From Takakia lepidozioides (taxonomy: Eukaryota > Plantae > Bryophyta), in assembly GCA_030704615.1 (NCBI GenBank), contig CM060731.1, forward strand, positions 22,444,001 through 22,508,000: a stretch of DNA of 64,000 nucleotides, read 5' to 3'. A program made the translations under genes and the position numbers. The stretch's first letter is position 1, and every line of letters begins with the position of its first letter. The notes under the pieces were generated by a model. It searched no databases, was not told the origin of the DNA, and saw only the letters and a program-made list of their open reading frames with translations. This document shows positions 25,654-38,100 of this stretch, piece by piece.

Positions 25654-26601
25654 GTGAATGTGAACTGCTTACTGCAGGGAAGTGGGTGTATGGGAGCATT
25701 CGAGTCCATGGATGCAACACCGCTTGATCAGGTCATCAACGATGCAATTGACTGGAGTTTCCGTAAGCAGAATCCAGAGGGCTATTGGGCGGGCCAGGTC
25801 AAATCAGGCTGTACAATGGAAGCGGAGTGGATTCTGGCTATGCATGTCCTGGGCGTTACAGATGACCCAAAGAGAGAAAAAGTCGTGCGTTGCATTCGGA
25901 GCCTGCAAAGAACTGACGGATCCTGGGACACTTATCATGAAGCTCCTGCAGGTGACCTTAGCACCACCGTCGAGTGTTATGTGGCCTTAAAAGCGTCGGG
26001 ATCCCAACCCAATGAAGCATCCATGGTAGCGGCTCGAAAATGGATTTCTGAACATGGTGGACTTCCAGCGACCCGCGTGTTCACTAAAATTTGGTTAGCT
26101 CTGGTGGGAGAATGGTCATGGGATGATGTCCCTTGCGTGCCCCCAGCAATTATCTTCCTGCCACAATACTTCCCGTTCAATCTTTACGACTTTAGCTGCT
26201 GGGCAAGGGAAACAGTCGTCCCCCTGACCATCCTTTCTGCTCGGCGCCCAGTACGTCCGCTGCCGCTCGACTTTTGTTGTCATGAGCTCCATGAACCAGA
26301 GGACATGAAACAACGTCAAAGCAAGAAAACTACTCTTTCAAATCTCGCCAGACATGTCTGTGAAAGTTTATTCCTCTACTTCGACAAGTTCCTCATATGG
26401 TATGGTAAGAGCCGTTCCAAGCCTGGCCGTGAGGTGGCCATCGTATGCTGCTTGGCCTGGATCCTCCGGCGACAAGATTCTGACGGCACTTGCTGTGGTG
26501 TACAACCTCCTTGGGTGTACTCGTTGATGGCGTTGAGCTATATATCTCCTGCTTACTGTAGGGAATCAGGCCAGAGTATGTTCGTCGTTCGTTTCTGCTG
26601 A
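25654..26601 (+). pseudogene. SHC: Squalene-hopene cyclase, N-terminal portion, truncated before the DXDD catalytic motif; inside element C, antisense
   Basis: QNPEGYW...TMEAEWIL, QRTDGSW, DLSTTVECYVALK, RVFTKIWLALVGEW, FSCWARET.VPL, QDSDG..GVQPPWVYSLMAL; homology ends ~26540. Confidence 0.9.
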
Positions 26602-27210
26602 ATTGGTCAGAAGACAATTCCAAGCCCGGATCCTAGGGCGCATACAATGCAGCAACCCCAAGAACGGAAAGCGCAAAGTTCTGCTGTTGGCGAGGCTCCA
26701 TAGCAACCATATACACGGAACTCCGTCCTCTGCGCATTGCGAAGGGGATGCCGCTTTTCTGCTCCATAGCCCTGCCCCTTAACCCGCTGCATGACGCTCT
26801 CGCATGATCAAAGCAAATGATTGACAAAGAAGCTGAAGCTAAATTTTGGTCCAAGACCGACCCCGATACAAGAAACAATTGCAACAGCAGGCTCCTCTAT
26901 AAGCTTACTGGTGAAACGATCATCCAGCTTCAAGGATCACGCATAGGTGCCAACTAGCATTTGCTGCTGCATTTTTAAGTATCTCCTTGTGTACTCCAAA
27001 GCCTCTAGTGACTTGATAGCTTCAGCGACTGCAATAACAGTGGCGGCTCCGGCATCGTCATCCTCCAGGCGTTTCAGGCACGCTGAATCTTGTGGTCACA
27101 TTCAATGATATGCTTCTCAAACTAAGCACTACTTATACACAAGTTATCTTGCAAGTGCTAACCCTCAACTCCTACCTTGCACTCACAGGTAAGAGAGCAT
27201 CTCTCTCGAG

Positions 27211-27566
27211 TGATAAACAAGCTAAAAAGAACACACACTCCCAACACAAGAAATATGAAATCCATCGCTATCACTCATTGAAACAGAAGTCGAGCCAGGG
27301 GCACCCCAAGCTATGGGGACTCCACCCCACAACAACTTGTACCCCTACATAAGCACACTCAAACCTAAACACATGCAGGAGCTCAGTCGCGCAGGCTCAA
27401 CTCGAGAGAGATGAGCTACGCGACTGCCGCTCTCGTGAAGATAAGGCCGTTCAGGTGTCAAACTAAACTTGACACCTGATGTAACACTTGACCTAAATCC
27501 AAGTGTTAAATACAAATAACTAGCTTTATTCTAGTTCTTTTCACACTGTGCTTATTTAACTTGACA
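27211..27566 (-). repeat. 5' terminal repeat A1 of element C
   Basis: Minus strand TGTCAAGTT...TTTATCA; 354/356 identical to 15568-15923. Confidence 0.95.
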
Positions 27567-28563
27567 AAACTGTTGTAAGTGTTTTTGGATTAAACCATAT
27601 TAAACACACCTGAAAACAGTTGGGTTTCAGTGACATGTGTGACCTCCAACTGCTGATCAAGACAAATGAAGGTTCATGTTGTTTGACCAAGAGCGTGCTT
27701 GCATTGTGATGAGTCTGGTTGTTATATATTGGTTATGTATCCACCTGGGCTAGAAAACACACTGGTAGTGGCTCTAGGTCTTGCTGTGGGCTTCAACTGC
27801 CCAAAATCCAAGACTGGTGTTGGAACCAGTCGAAGTTCCCTGTGGACTACCAAGACATTTGAGGTTGTTGTGTGACGGACAAAGTGGTGGTTAGGCCTAA
27901 TTGAGTTTTCCAGATGAAACTAATAAGCCCTCCTCTGTGCCAGATCTGTGGTGGACATAGCTGGCTCGTGCGAGCCCAACGGGCAGTTATATCGTCGTTA
28001 TGTACATTTCCTCTCTTCATGGGCATCCTCCAGCCACTGATGTGCCACCTATGAGATATGAGTGGTTAGCAGCCTGTTTGGCAGTCAATTGCCGATTTAG
28101 GGCACTGATTATCCCAACACCTATGAAAGCGGTGGGGTCTTGCATGGGCTTCGTATCTTAGCAGGAATGCGGTGGACAGCAACAGTTTCTGGTCATGTTG
28201 ACCTTGCAGATGCTGGACTGGATTGACGGCTTTGGGTATAGCAAGCTGGCAAGCTGATGAGTATCTGATGCGGCAGTGCAGTGAGCCTTTCGTTCTGGGA
28301 AGTTCAATCTTTCAGGTGCCCTAATGCAGAGAGGGCCTTGCCAGGTTACCGGCAGGGGCAGTAGGGGAACAATCCATGGCACTTTAGTGAAGAAGCCTAT
28401 AATATATGCGGTACATCAGTCCACAGTCACAGAAGCATGTGGTCGAATGTGTTGGCAGTCTCGGCCGCGAAATACGTGCAGGCATAATAGTGCTGGAGGA
28501 TTCCAGTCTGGCAGAGGTTCCAGGAGTATCATTCACATCAAGGAACAAGACCTTATAAAGCTC

Positions 28564-29682
28564 ATGGGGTCTGTACGGGAGCATGCTAGACTTCAGGTAG
28601 CCAAAGGTGCGGTTGGAGCAGCTCAAGAGGTAGGTGTGGAGGTTGCAGATGTTGCTAAGATAAAGGTGGCAGAAAAAGAGAGGTTGATAGCCACATCAGA
28701 GGGAGCGGATCTGCAAGTGGGACTAGCTGCAAGCACTTTGGGAGGCGCACAGGGGAGTCATCAGCCACTCTTTTCGTTTGGAGTGATTACAGACGTGCAA
28801 TATGCTGATATTGACAACAGGTGTTCCTTTCAGGGCGTTCCTCGGTACTATCGGCATAGCCTTGAATCCCTCCACAGGTCTGTGGATGCTTGGAATCATA
28901 AGGGCTGCCTTTCTTTTGCCATTCATTTTGGGGACATTGTTGACGGTTACTGCCCCAGGGAGAACTCCCGGGTAGCATTTAACAGGGTATTGAGTGAGTT
29001 CAATGGCTTTCAGGGGGGTCCTATCTATCACATGCTAGGGAATCACTGTCTATATAACCTGCCACGTGCTGAACTGAACCATTTGCTAGGTATTCCGCCT
29101 TCTTTGGATGGTCACTCCTACTACTCTTTCTGTCCCTACCCTGGGTTTCGATTTGTTGTCTTGGATGGCTATGATGTGAGTGCCCTGGGGCCTGCGGGAC
29201 ACCTGCACACTGAAGCCGGCGTCAGATTACTTGAAACCAAGAACCCAAATGTTGAGAAGAATAGCCCAGAGGGGCTTGATGGAGTTGAGAAAAGGTTTGT
29301 GATGTTCAATGGGGGCATTGGACAGGAGCAGTTAGCCTGGTTTGACAAGATGCTTGAGGAAGCCACTGATTGCCAAGAGAAAGTTTTTGTTTGTTGCCAT
29401 TTGCCACTGAATGCTGAGGCAGCGTCCCCTTCAACACTACTCTGGAACTTTGACGAGGTGATGGAGACAGTCCACAAGCATAAGTGTGTTATTGCCTGCT
29501 TGTCAGGTCATGCTCATAAGGGTGGGCATGCTGTGGACTCACATGGTGTTCACCATAGAGTGCTAGAAGCTGTGCTGGAGTGCCCACCAGGCACTGATGC
29601 ATATGGGCACATAGATGTGTTCCCTGATCATCTCTTGCTTGTTGGAACTGGCCGGATGGCATCTACAGTAATGCATTTTTAG
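28564..29682 (+). CDS. Manganese-dependent ADP-ribose/CDP-alcohol diphosphatase (ADPRibase-Mn), single coding exon
   Basis: QPLFSFGVITDVQYAD, HFGDIVDG, LGNHCLYN, CHLP, SGHAH, LEAVLECPPG metallophosphoesterase motifs; the ORF is open from 28324, and the start MGSV at 28564 is chosen by similarity to plant homologues. Confidence 0.92.
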   Translation: MGSVREHARLQVAKGAVGAAQEVGVEVADVAKIKVAEKERLIATSEGADLQVGLAASTLGGAQGSHQPLFSFGVITDVQYADIDNRCSFQGVPRYYRHSLESLHRSVDAWNHKGCLSFAIHFGDIVDGYCPRENSRVAFNRVLSEFNGFQGGPIYHMLGNHCLYNLPRAELNHLLGIPPSLDGHSYYSFCPYPGFRFVVLDGYDVSALGPAGHLHTEAGVRLLETKNPNVEKNSPEGLDGVEKRFVMFNGGIGQEQLAWFDKMLEEATDCQEKVFVCCHLPLNAEAASPSTLLWNFDEVMETVHKHKCVIACLSGHAHKGGHAVDSHGVHHRVLEAVLECPPGTDAYGHIDVFPDHLLLVGTGRMASTVMHF

Positions 29683-30362
29683 TCAATCATCCAGTGTAAG
29701 AGGGTCGCAGATTATTCTTAATTCTGGACTTTCTGGTCTGGTCTAGTGTTGTTCCAGTAGCACATTGTTCGCGTACCAGCCGTGCCAAAATTCCTATTGT
29801 ATTTTCTTCACATACAGTCCATGAATCAGCAAGTAGCCCAGGACCCTAGGCCTTAAACCCTGGCCATGGAATCTTCACCCCATGCCATTGAATCTTTTAA
29901 GAATGTATCTCGGGATACTGAAATCTGGGGTATTGGGGTATTGGGGCCTTGGGTTATCTGAGAAGCCTAGCAGTTTTTGGTATTCTGGACTTGGTCGATG
30001 GCCTAGATCCCAAAGCTTGGTCTTGGGGCAGCCAGAGCCCAAAACTGCCATTTTTATGGCGTCCTAAGACAGTCAAGGTCAGTGAGGCGTTTTCATAGCA
30101 TCCTACAACAGTATCTTTGCTATTCATTACTTGGTTAGGCAGGAAACAGCCAAAAAGTGACAAGCAGGATATGTCATCCAATGCGGAGCATAGCTGCATA
30201 TTTTACGTATTCCCAGAATAATCAAACGCGAGAGTATGTGAGAGAGAGGGAGAGAGAGCGTGTGCGATCCAAAGTGTGTGCAAGAAAGTGTGCTTTTGGA
30301 GTCCGTGCTTCTCGCAGTATGCTTGTTCGAGATCATTGACATGAGTGGGGTGCGAATTGGGT

Positions 30363-30667
30363 TCTTTCAAACCATTCTACCCGACAGTGAACACCAACAA
30401 GTAGCTGTTGTTAAATTTTAAAATCAGCCACTGATGGCTCAGCAGTCAGGTCTTTAATAAATCTCATGTCTTTGAAAAAATCCTGTTGCCTTGTGAGCAC
30501 GGTCTGTTGGTGGGGACCGGTTGCAGTGGGCCCAAGCATCGTTGCCCCATCGTTCATCTCTTCCAAATTGAGCGTCTGATTTTGAAATTTAACGACAACC
30601 ACTTGTTGGTGTTCACTGTCGGGAAGAATGGATTGAAGAGATCAAAAACCTGACTGCTGAGCAGTGG
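30363..30667. repeat. Imperfect compound inverted repeat
   Basis: 30363-30427 is the reverse complement of 30576-30640; 30428-30460 is the reverse complement of 30641-30667. Confidence 0.8.
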
Positions 30668-32119
30668 AGGCATGGTAAGTCAATCAAAGCCATGGAACAA
30701 TGAGACTCAGGGAAGTTTTGAAGACCACGAGAGCAATCGTCGCTCAGATCGTGGGCAAACGCTTCAGGTACTCAATTCCCAGTACAAGCTGGAAAGGAGT
30801 CACGTAGAAAATCTAGGCAAATGAGGAGTTGAAGGCTATGGTGGATGCTGTGTACTCAATGACAGACCAGATGTGGGAGATTATCGCCATGGACAGGCAT
30901 GATACAATGAGTTCAGCACCGGAGTGCATACGAGAGGAACTCCGACTTACTTAAAGAGGCCTAGGCCTACGAGGGTCAAGAAGAGCCAGCATGGCTACAA
31001 CTCCTAGAATTTGTTAAAGTAGCTAAACCTTTCGGTAAGGGAAACACTGCACTGGCAACCTATCCTGTTATTTAAGGGGGGTTGTGTAGATAGGACTCAT
31101 TCACCACAATTCCAGCTTCAATATGTCCTCGTCAACTTTTGCACTTATGATGCTACCCTTTCCACATGTCTAGCCATTGCATAAATTTTGAGAACTCAAA
31201 TGAGATGTGAACGTGTTGGTGTTATTGATGGCTCATGCATCTTGAAAGCCTCCTTACTGCAGCTATGCTTTGCATATGCTGGTATCATTAGAATCCAATA
31301 TTGTGGTAAAATTTGCTCCTACGCCAGGCATATGCACTGATATGGGTGTGAAATAATACATGCTTGGCAAGATCCACTTATAACTATGTGGGTGTACACT
31401 TATTGTTACCTCTGCAGGTTCTGTATAGGTATTGGAGTATGGTCAATGCCCTTGTTGGTTCAAAGTTGCAGCATCCTTTGAGTTGTCCTACCTTACATGG
31501 TCCTGCATCCAAGAATTCTAAGAACACGAGAATGATGCCTTGCCTCAGTAGAGGGAGTACAACTTTGGCCTTGGAGTACACTCCCATAAGTCACTCTAAC
31601 TTAGTTTATTTCTTTGTGGCTGTATTGATTTTCATTTATTTATTTTCCCCTAAGGGTTCTACCAACAACCATTCCAAAGGACCTTAGTGATGTTGCATCT
31701 GAAGCATGGCGATACTCGATGTATATTTGAAAAAATCTTCAACTACAGCTTCATGTGCTACATCGTTGTCTTGTTCTCTTGACTTTCTAAAATGACATGC
31801 ATGATGGAGACTCTGTTGCTTCAACGTGGGGGTGAAAAGTTCATATACTTTTTGTTATTAAAGTAAGCAGATCGGCTGCTCAGCGCCTTCCTCCCTGGTC
31901 GTTTTCAGAGACCACTCTACAATCTCCAGACTGCAAACATAAGCTGGGTTAGCATCTGTGTAAGTCTGGACATGTTCGTTGTTCCTCATCGTGTAGAGCC
32001 CAATGGAGCCCACAACAACTTGCATGAATGTTGTTACTAGCACCCCTCAGTAAAGGATCTTGTCAAAATGTTGATGCTGTCGGATTTTCGAGCACAAACC
32101 TCTACCTTGGAGCACGTAG

Positions 32120-35100
32120 CAGAGCTGGCATGAGTTTTTTAAAGATCCTTCACGACGGTGGGACAACCACAATCGCAAGGTGTGGCTTTTTCTTAATGTA
32201 CGAGTGAAGAAGTTTGTCCATCCTGCAAATGTGGGCTCTTGGCTCCTGTTAGTACCATGATTTGGTATTCTTCCTGATGTTTACAAGGTTCTTGGGAGAG
32301 TCAGCTTGGTCATAGCAAGCCGTGTTTCAATCTCTGCCTGCTCAGCTGCACCGTGGTGGTTCTCACAGACCAATCTGACATTACCTGACTACAGACACAG
32401 AGAGAAGCAGATGCAATTCAGAATTGGAACTACTGTAATAAGTAGGGTTGGGGTGTTTGCTGGAAGAACTTCACGCCGTCAGTGTCAGCTGCTAGCAGCA
32501 AGGCTGAGGATGTATTCGTGATTTGTACACAGGCAGGGATAGCTGAAGGACCAGGGATAGAGGTCCAGATTCATCCAAGAGGGCCGGATTTCAAACACAA
32601 GATTACTTCTGATTCCCTGTGGATCAATAGCTACAAGAAATCTGCGTGGGTAGATGGTCAACTAGAAACAGCAGCGGCAGCAGCACAATTGATAGAACAA
32701 GGCACTTCTAAATGAAGGCACCTTCTTCAACACCTTTCAGCCTGTTTTTCCTTATCAGAGTCGTCCCTAAATTTTCATGTTGAATTCTGCAAGATAGCTC
32801 ATTGGTGGATCTATGGTGGTTTTGGAGTGATTTTGACATGTTACTGCCAATGTGGCAACAGGAAAGTATCGAAAAACAGATAACAGAGAAGAGGAGAAGC
32901 TCTGGAATGAATACGTTTCCGATCCCAGTCAATGGTGGAACAATAGGGGCAAAAAGGTGAATGCCTGTTGGAAGCAGACGCAAGTCAGCATAGGAAGTAG
33001 TGTGATAAGTAGGGTTGGGGTGTTTGCTGGAACAATTCTAGGCTGTCATTGTCAGCTGCTAGCAGCAAGGCAAGGATGTATGCATGATTTGTGCAGAGGC
33101 ATGAATAGCTGAAGGAGCAGGGATAGACCGTGGGTCCAGATTCATCCAAGAGGGCCGGACTTCAAGCTCCAGCTTACCTATGATTCCCTGTGGAAGGATA
33201 ACTACAAGAAACCTACATGGGTAGATGGTCAACTGGAAGCCGCAGCAGCAGCGGCTTGATAAAATCAGGCACTGCTAATCAAGGCACCTTCTAACACATT
33301 TCACCCTGTTTTTCCCTCTTATCAGAATCGGCCCTAAATTTCCATGTTGAATTCTGCAAGTTAGCTGGTTGAGTGAACCTTTGATAGTTTGGAGTGACTT
33401 TGACTGATACTGCCAATGTGACAACAGGAAAGTATCCAGAAACAGGTAACAGAGACGAGGAGAAGCTGTGGAATGAATACTTTTCTGACCCCAGTCAATG
33501 GTGGGACAATCGAGGCAAAAAGGTGAATGCCTGTTGGATTACAGAGAGTAGCGGATGCAATTGAGCATAGGAACTAGTGTGATAAGTTGAGTTGGGTGTT
33601 TCCTAGAACAAATATAGGCTGTCATTGTCAGCTGCTAGCAGCAAGGCAAGGATGTATGCATGATTCTTGCTGAGGCATGGATAGCTGAAGGAGCAGGGAT
33701 AGACTGTGGGTCCAGATTCATCCAAGAGGGCCAGATTTCAAGCACAAGATTACCTATGATTCCCTGTGGATCAATAGCTACAAGAAACCTGCATGGGTAG
33801 ATGGTCAACTGGAAGCTGCAGCAGCAGCAGCACAATTGATAAAATCAGGCACTGCTAATCAAGGCACCTTCTTCAACACATTTCACCCTGTTTTTCCCTC
33901 CTATCAGAATCGGCCCTAAATTTCCATGTTGAATTCTGCACCCAACAGGTTGCTGAAGCCAGGCATCATCTCAAGCTTGAGAGGTGTATGCAAATCAAGT
34001 GGGGATTTATACTCACGGTCTCTGGTTTTCACAGCTGTATCAGGGGGGCTGGACATAGGATCCCAAAATTCTCAGAATCTGGGGCAAACTCCTGAATAAG
34101 AGGGACACTGTATAACAATTCAAGGCATGTGAGCGAAGGAATTATTTTGCTTACAAGTGATATCTGGTAGGTGGATGCCACTGTTCTTTGCAGGGATTTA
34201 GTTGAATAGTGTTACCTCTCACAGTCCACTGCGTGCCTAATAATGACAATGCCTTACATGGAGGATGTTGAAAGTGATCATGTCACTAGGTTTTCTTAAG
34301 CTGCCACCCAACTTGATAGGGGTCAGGGAGGCAGAAGAAAGATAAGTTATGATATAAGTAAACCATGTTCTGTTGTCTTGCAAAATTCTTGAGTTCAAGG
34401 TTGTGATGGGAGGATTTTCACAGATCATGTGATGAAACTACTTTCATAAACGGGTGTGAATCTAGTTTGGAGTGACTTTGACATGATACTGCCAATGTGA
34501 CAACAGGAAAGTATCCAAAAACAGGTAACAGATTGTACTCATAAGACGTTGTTTGCCGTAGCCTTGTGGCCATTGACCCCGCGCCCAGTTTGAGCGGGAA
34601 CAAAAGGGACAGAACCTACCTCTGTCAGGGGCTGACGTTGGTAGTAAGACTTACCTCCATATAAAGAATTAATCCGGGTTTTCCAGATATCCTCTAGAAA
34701 TCCCTTCACACAAGCATCAATCTGCTGTGTGTGATTTGCCCAAAAACTAGGCCTCAGGAGGGCCTGGGCTTTTGGCTCAGCCTCGAGACTTTCAAAGTTG
34801 GTAAACAGGGGTACAGGCACAATTCCCTTAATAGATTTGAAGAGAGCGTCTCTTTGGTGAGAGAACCCCGGACAGTGTATCAGAAAATGAATACTGTCTT
34901 CAGATTGCCCACACAACGGGCAATTGCACTCTCCCTTTCCTCTCTGCTTCTGTTTGCTGTTCAAAGGTAGGCTTCCTGCCCTGAGTTTAAATTTCAGTCT
35001 AGTGCCGAGAGTGGGTAGACCCTTGAGGTCATCCAAGATGTCCTCCCCCATGTCACAGACTGGAAACAAGTTCAGGGAAGTTTTCTGCCTAACTTCATTT

Positions 35101-38100
35101 TCATCAGACAATCTCATGGCAACAGACATGGCTGAGGACACTACAGCCTCTAAGTCAGATTTATCCAGCAGGGTCAAGACTTGCGGATCCAGGTCCAGGT
35201 CCTTGAGGATCTCTTCTACTCTCTTCTGCCAGGACTTAGCCTGTTTGACAGGGCGGTCCTGTTTCCAAGATATAGAGTTGATTAACTTAGGATATCTGGT
35301 GTTGGGCATATGTTGCAGCTGACCCCACCATCTGACCTTGAATTCATCTCGTCGGGAGCTTAAGGACGGAATGCCAAACTCACCCCGAACAGCCACATTG
35401 GCTGTTTTGGAGCATGCTGACATACACTCCTTAAGCACCCCCACTTGAATGGATTCTAGAGACTTAGCCTGGTTGGAGTTATCAACCCATATAGCAGATC
35501 CGTACTCCAAGGCAGGTCTAATAACGTGACAAAGCATGGTTTTCTTAACCTCAGAGTTGACCCCTCTGCAGTGGAAAAATTTAGTGAGCCCCAGAGCTTT
35601 GCCCTTGCCAGTTTGAACAACTTTCCGGATATGTGCATCCCAATTACAATTGGAGGAGAACTCAATGCCCAGGTAAGTGTAGGAAGGGAGGACCGGGATC
35701 TCTTGGCTACCCCACTGCCACTTAAGATCACTTCCTCCCTCTCCTCTGTCGTTGAATGCTACCACTGCACATTTGCTGACATTAGCCTCTAGCCCCCAAA
35801 GATCAAAGTATCTCTTCGCGCAATCAATCAACTCCTGGAGATTGGTTGGAGTCTCCCCTATGCCTGCGAAGTCATCCGCAAACATAAGGGCTGGTATGGT
35901 GGTATCACCCACCCTTAACCCAAATCCCTCACTTTCCACATCCTCGAGGAGTTGATTGATGAAAACATTGAAGAGCAGAGGGGAGAGAGTACATCCTTGA
36001 GCTACACCTTGGTCTATGTCAAAGAAGTTGGACTTCTGTCCGTTAACAGTGACACAGCTTTTGGTGTGAGCATACAAGTTGTGGACAACTCTCCACATCT
36101 TTCCCTTGATCCCACAAGACCAGAGGTGGAACCATAGGCCATCCCTGTGTCATAAGCCTTTTTGACATCCAGGAAAAAGACATAAGTGGGTTTCCCTTCT
36201 TTTTTCCTTCCCTGGATAATCTGGCTTAGAGTGAAGATATGATCCACACAGCCCCTGTTTCGCCGAAAGCCAGCTTGGCCTTCGTGGAAACAACCTCTAG
36301 ACTCCAGATCAACCTCGAGACGAGTACTTATAACTCTGCAGAATGTCTTGCCAACAGCATTGAGGAGCGTGATGCCACGGTAGTTCCCCGGTTCTTCTCT
36401 GTCACCCTTCTTGTATAGATTGACAATGACCCCCTGTCGCCAGCGAAAGGGGATCATTTCAGTCTTCCAGATAAGGTTAAAGAGGAGAACTAGGGCCTCT
36501 ATCATGGGATCGCCACCGTGCTTGATAAGCTCGTTGACAATACCATCAGGTCCACTAGCTTTATATCCATTTAAATGTTCAATTGCTTCCACAATCTCAG
36601 AAGAACTAATGGGAGCATTATAAGCCATTGAAATATACTCCAGTTCATCAGGGCTGTTTTGAATCATAGGAACAGTTTTTCCAACTGTGTCCCTCCATTC
36701 AGCAGAAGACCCCTCACTGTTAGACCTAGAAGTTCTGCCAAGGATACTGTAGTGAGTTTCAAAGGTTTTGACAATGTCAACCGATGAAGTCACCACTGCA
36801 CCTTTAGTAGTCTTCAGCGCTTGTACTTGCTGACCGTTTTTCGGTTTGTACAAACGTTGAAGGGCCAACCAGAATTTCTTGTCATTACCACCATGGTGGT
36901 TTGAGTTTATTTCACTGTATAACTTGTCCCAGTATAATTTCTTCTGAGACCTAACAAGCTGATTGATATCTTTACGGAGCTGGTAGTACCTCGCCCACAA
37001 TTCTCTGTTGGTTTCCAAATTGCAGCACTCTTTATAGAGGGCTCGTCTCTCAGCTATCTTGAGTTTAATCTCATTAGTCCACCAATTAACTGCTCTACCG
37101 CAGACAATTAGTTTCCTCCCAATGATCTTGTCAGCCACGGAGGAAACGAAACTCTCCCAAGAGTCCACTGCTCTTTCGACTTCATTTCTTGCGTTAACAG
37201 AGCGTGACTGAAGTTCTTGGAGGGATTGGACAAAATGAGGGAGAGCCTCTTGCAAGGCCTGGACGTACTCAGCCTTGACCTCCTCATTGTGGAATTTTTC
37301 TATGCGCCACTTCCGAATCGAACGTTTCACAGATCTCTTGGTGGTGGGAAAACACCTTTTGATCTCAGTCCAAACCAGGAAGTGGTCAGAGGTACCAATA
37401 TCAGTTCTGTCGATCAACACATTGGCACACTGGGGTAACAAAATTTTGTCCATTATGATATAGTCCACAATGGAACGTTCCCCAGTTTGGGGTTTCTCAC
37501 GAGTCCACTGCACTTGGTCACCTCTTGTCCTGTTATTCAAGGTCAAAAGCTGAAGCTCTTCTAGACAGTTAATTAACCGTCTGCCATTAGAATTCAGCTC
37601 GTCCTCACCAAAAGGTCCAATGATATCGTCTTGATGGATCCCTTTGCCCACCCGGGCATTGAAGTCCCCCAATAGTACCACCTGACCTTTGGCAAGGAAC
37701 GAAGCACAGTCCAGCTTTACATCTTCGAAGGCCTTGTCTGCGTCAGCAACTAAGGGTCCCCTCTGTGGGCATGTAAACACAACCAACAAAGAGGTCCTTT
37801 GTACTCATGCCGTCCTTCAAATTCAGTTTTAGCCAGATACTATGCTCGTACCTCAAACCCTTGTTGATAATTTCACAATTGTCAAACAAGAAATCACGGA
37901 CAAAGAATCCAACCCCTTTTTGACCGCGTTTGGCAGAGGCTGCCTTGAGAGTACACATCTTACCTGCCCATTTATAACCAATGACATCTCCAACCAGTTT
38001 ATCCGACGTTTCCCATGTTTCTTGCCCAGCACAGATATGAATATCATTAGTCCGAAGAACTTGTCCCACTTCAAGTTGTTTCCTTTGGTTGGTCAACCCT

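Larger units (their letters stand above)
15483..27566 (-). mobile_element. Gypsy-type element C: DNMT- and PHD-encoding, split direct repeats, SHC cargo
   Basis: Ends TGTC...GACA with 4-bp TSD AAAC (15479-15482 and 27567-27570); 356-bp repeats 27211-27566 and 15568-15923 differ at 2 positions; gag-PR-DNMT-RT-RH-IN-PHD on the minus strand. Confidence 0.93.

Noticed and set aside
25654-26601. Functional SHC gene or bacterial contamination
   Set aside because: It lacks the DXDD-containing half, conserved residues are altered, and it lies inside a TSD-flanked plant retroelement
15483-27566. DIRS/Ngaro classification based on the split repeats
   Set aside because: It encodes a protease and a DDE integrase, has a TSD, and shows no tyrosine recombinase
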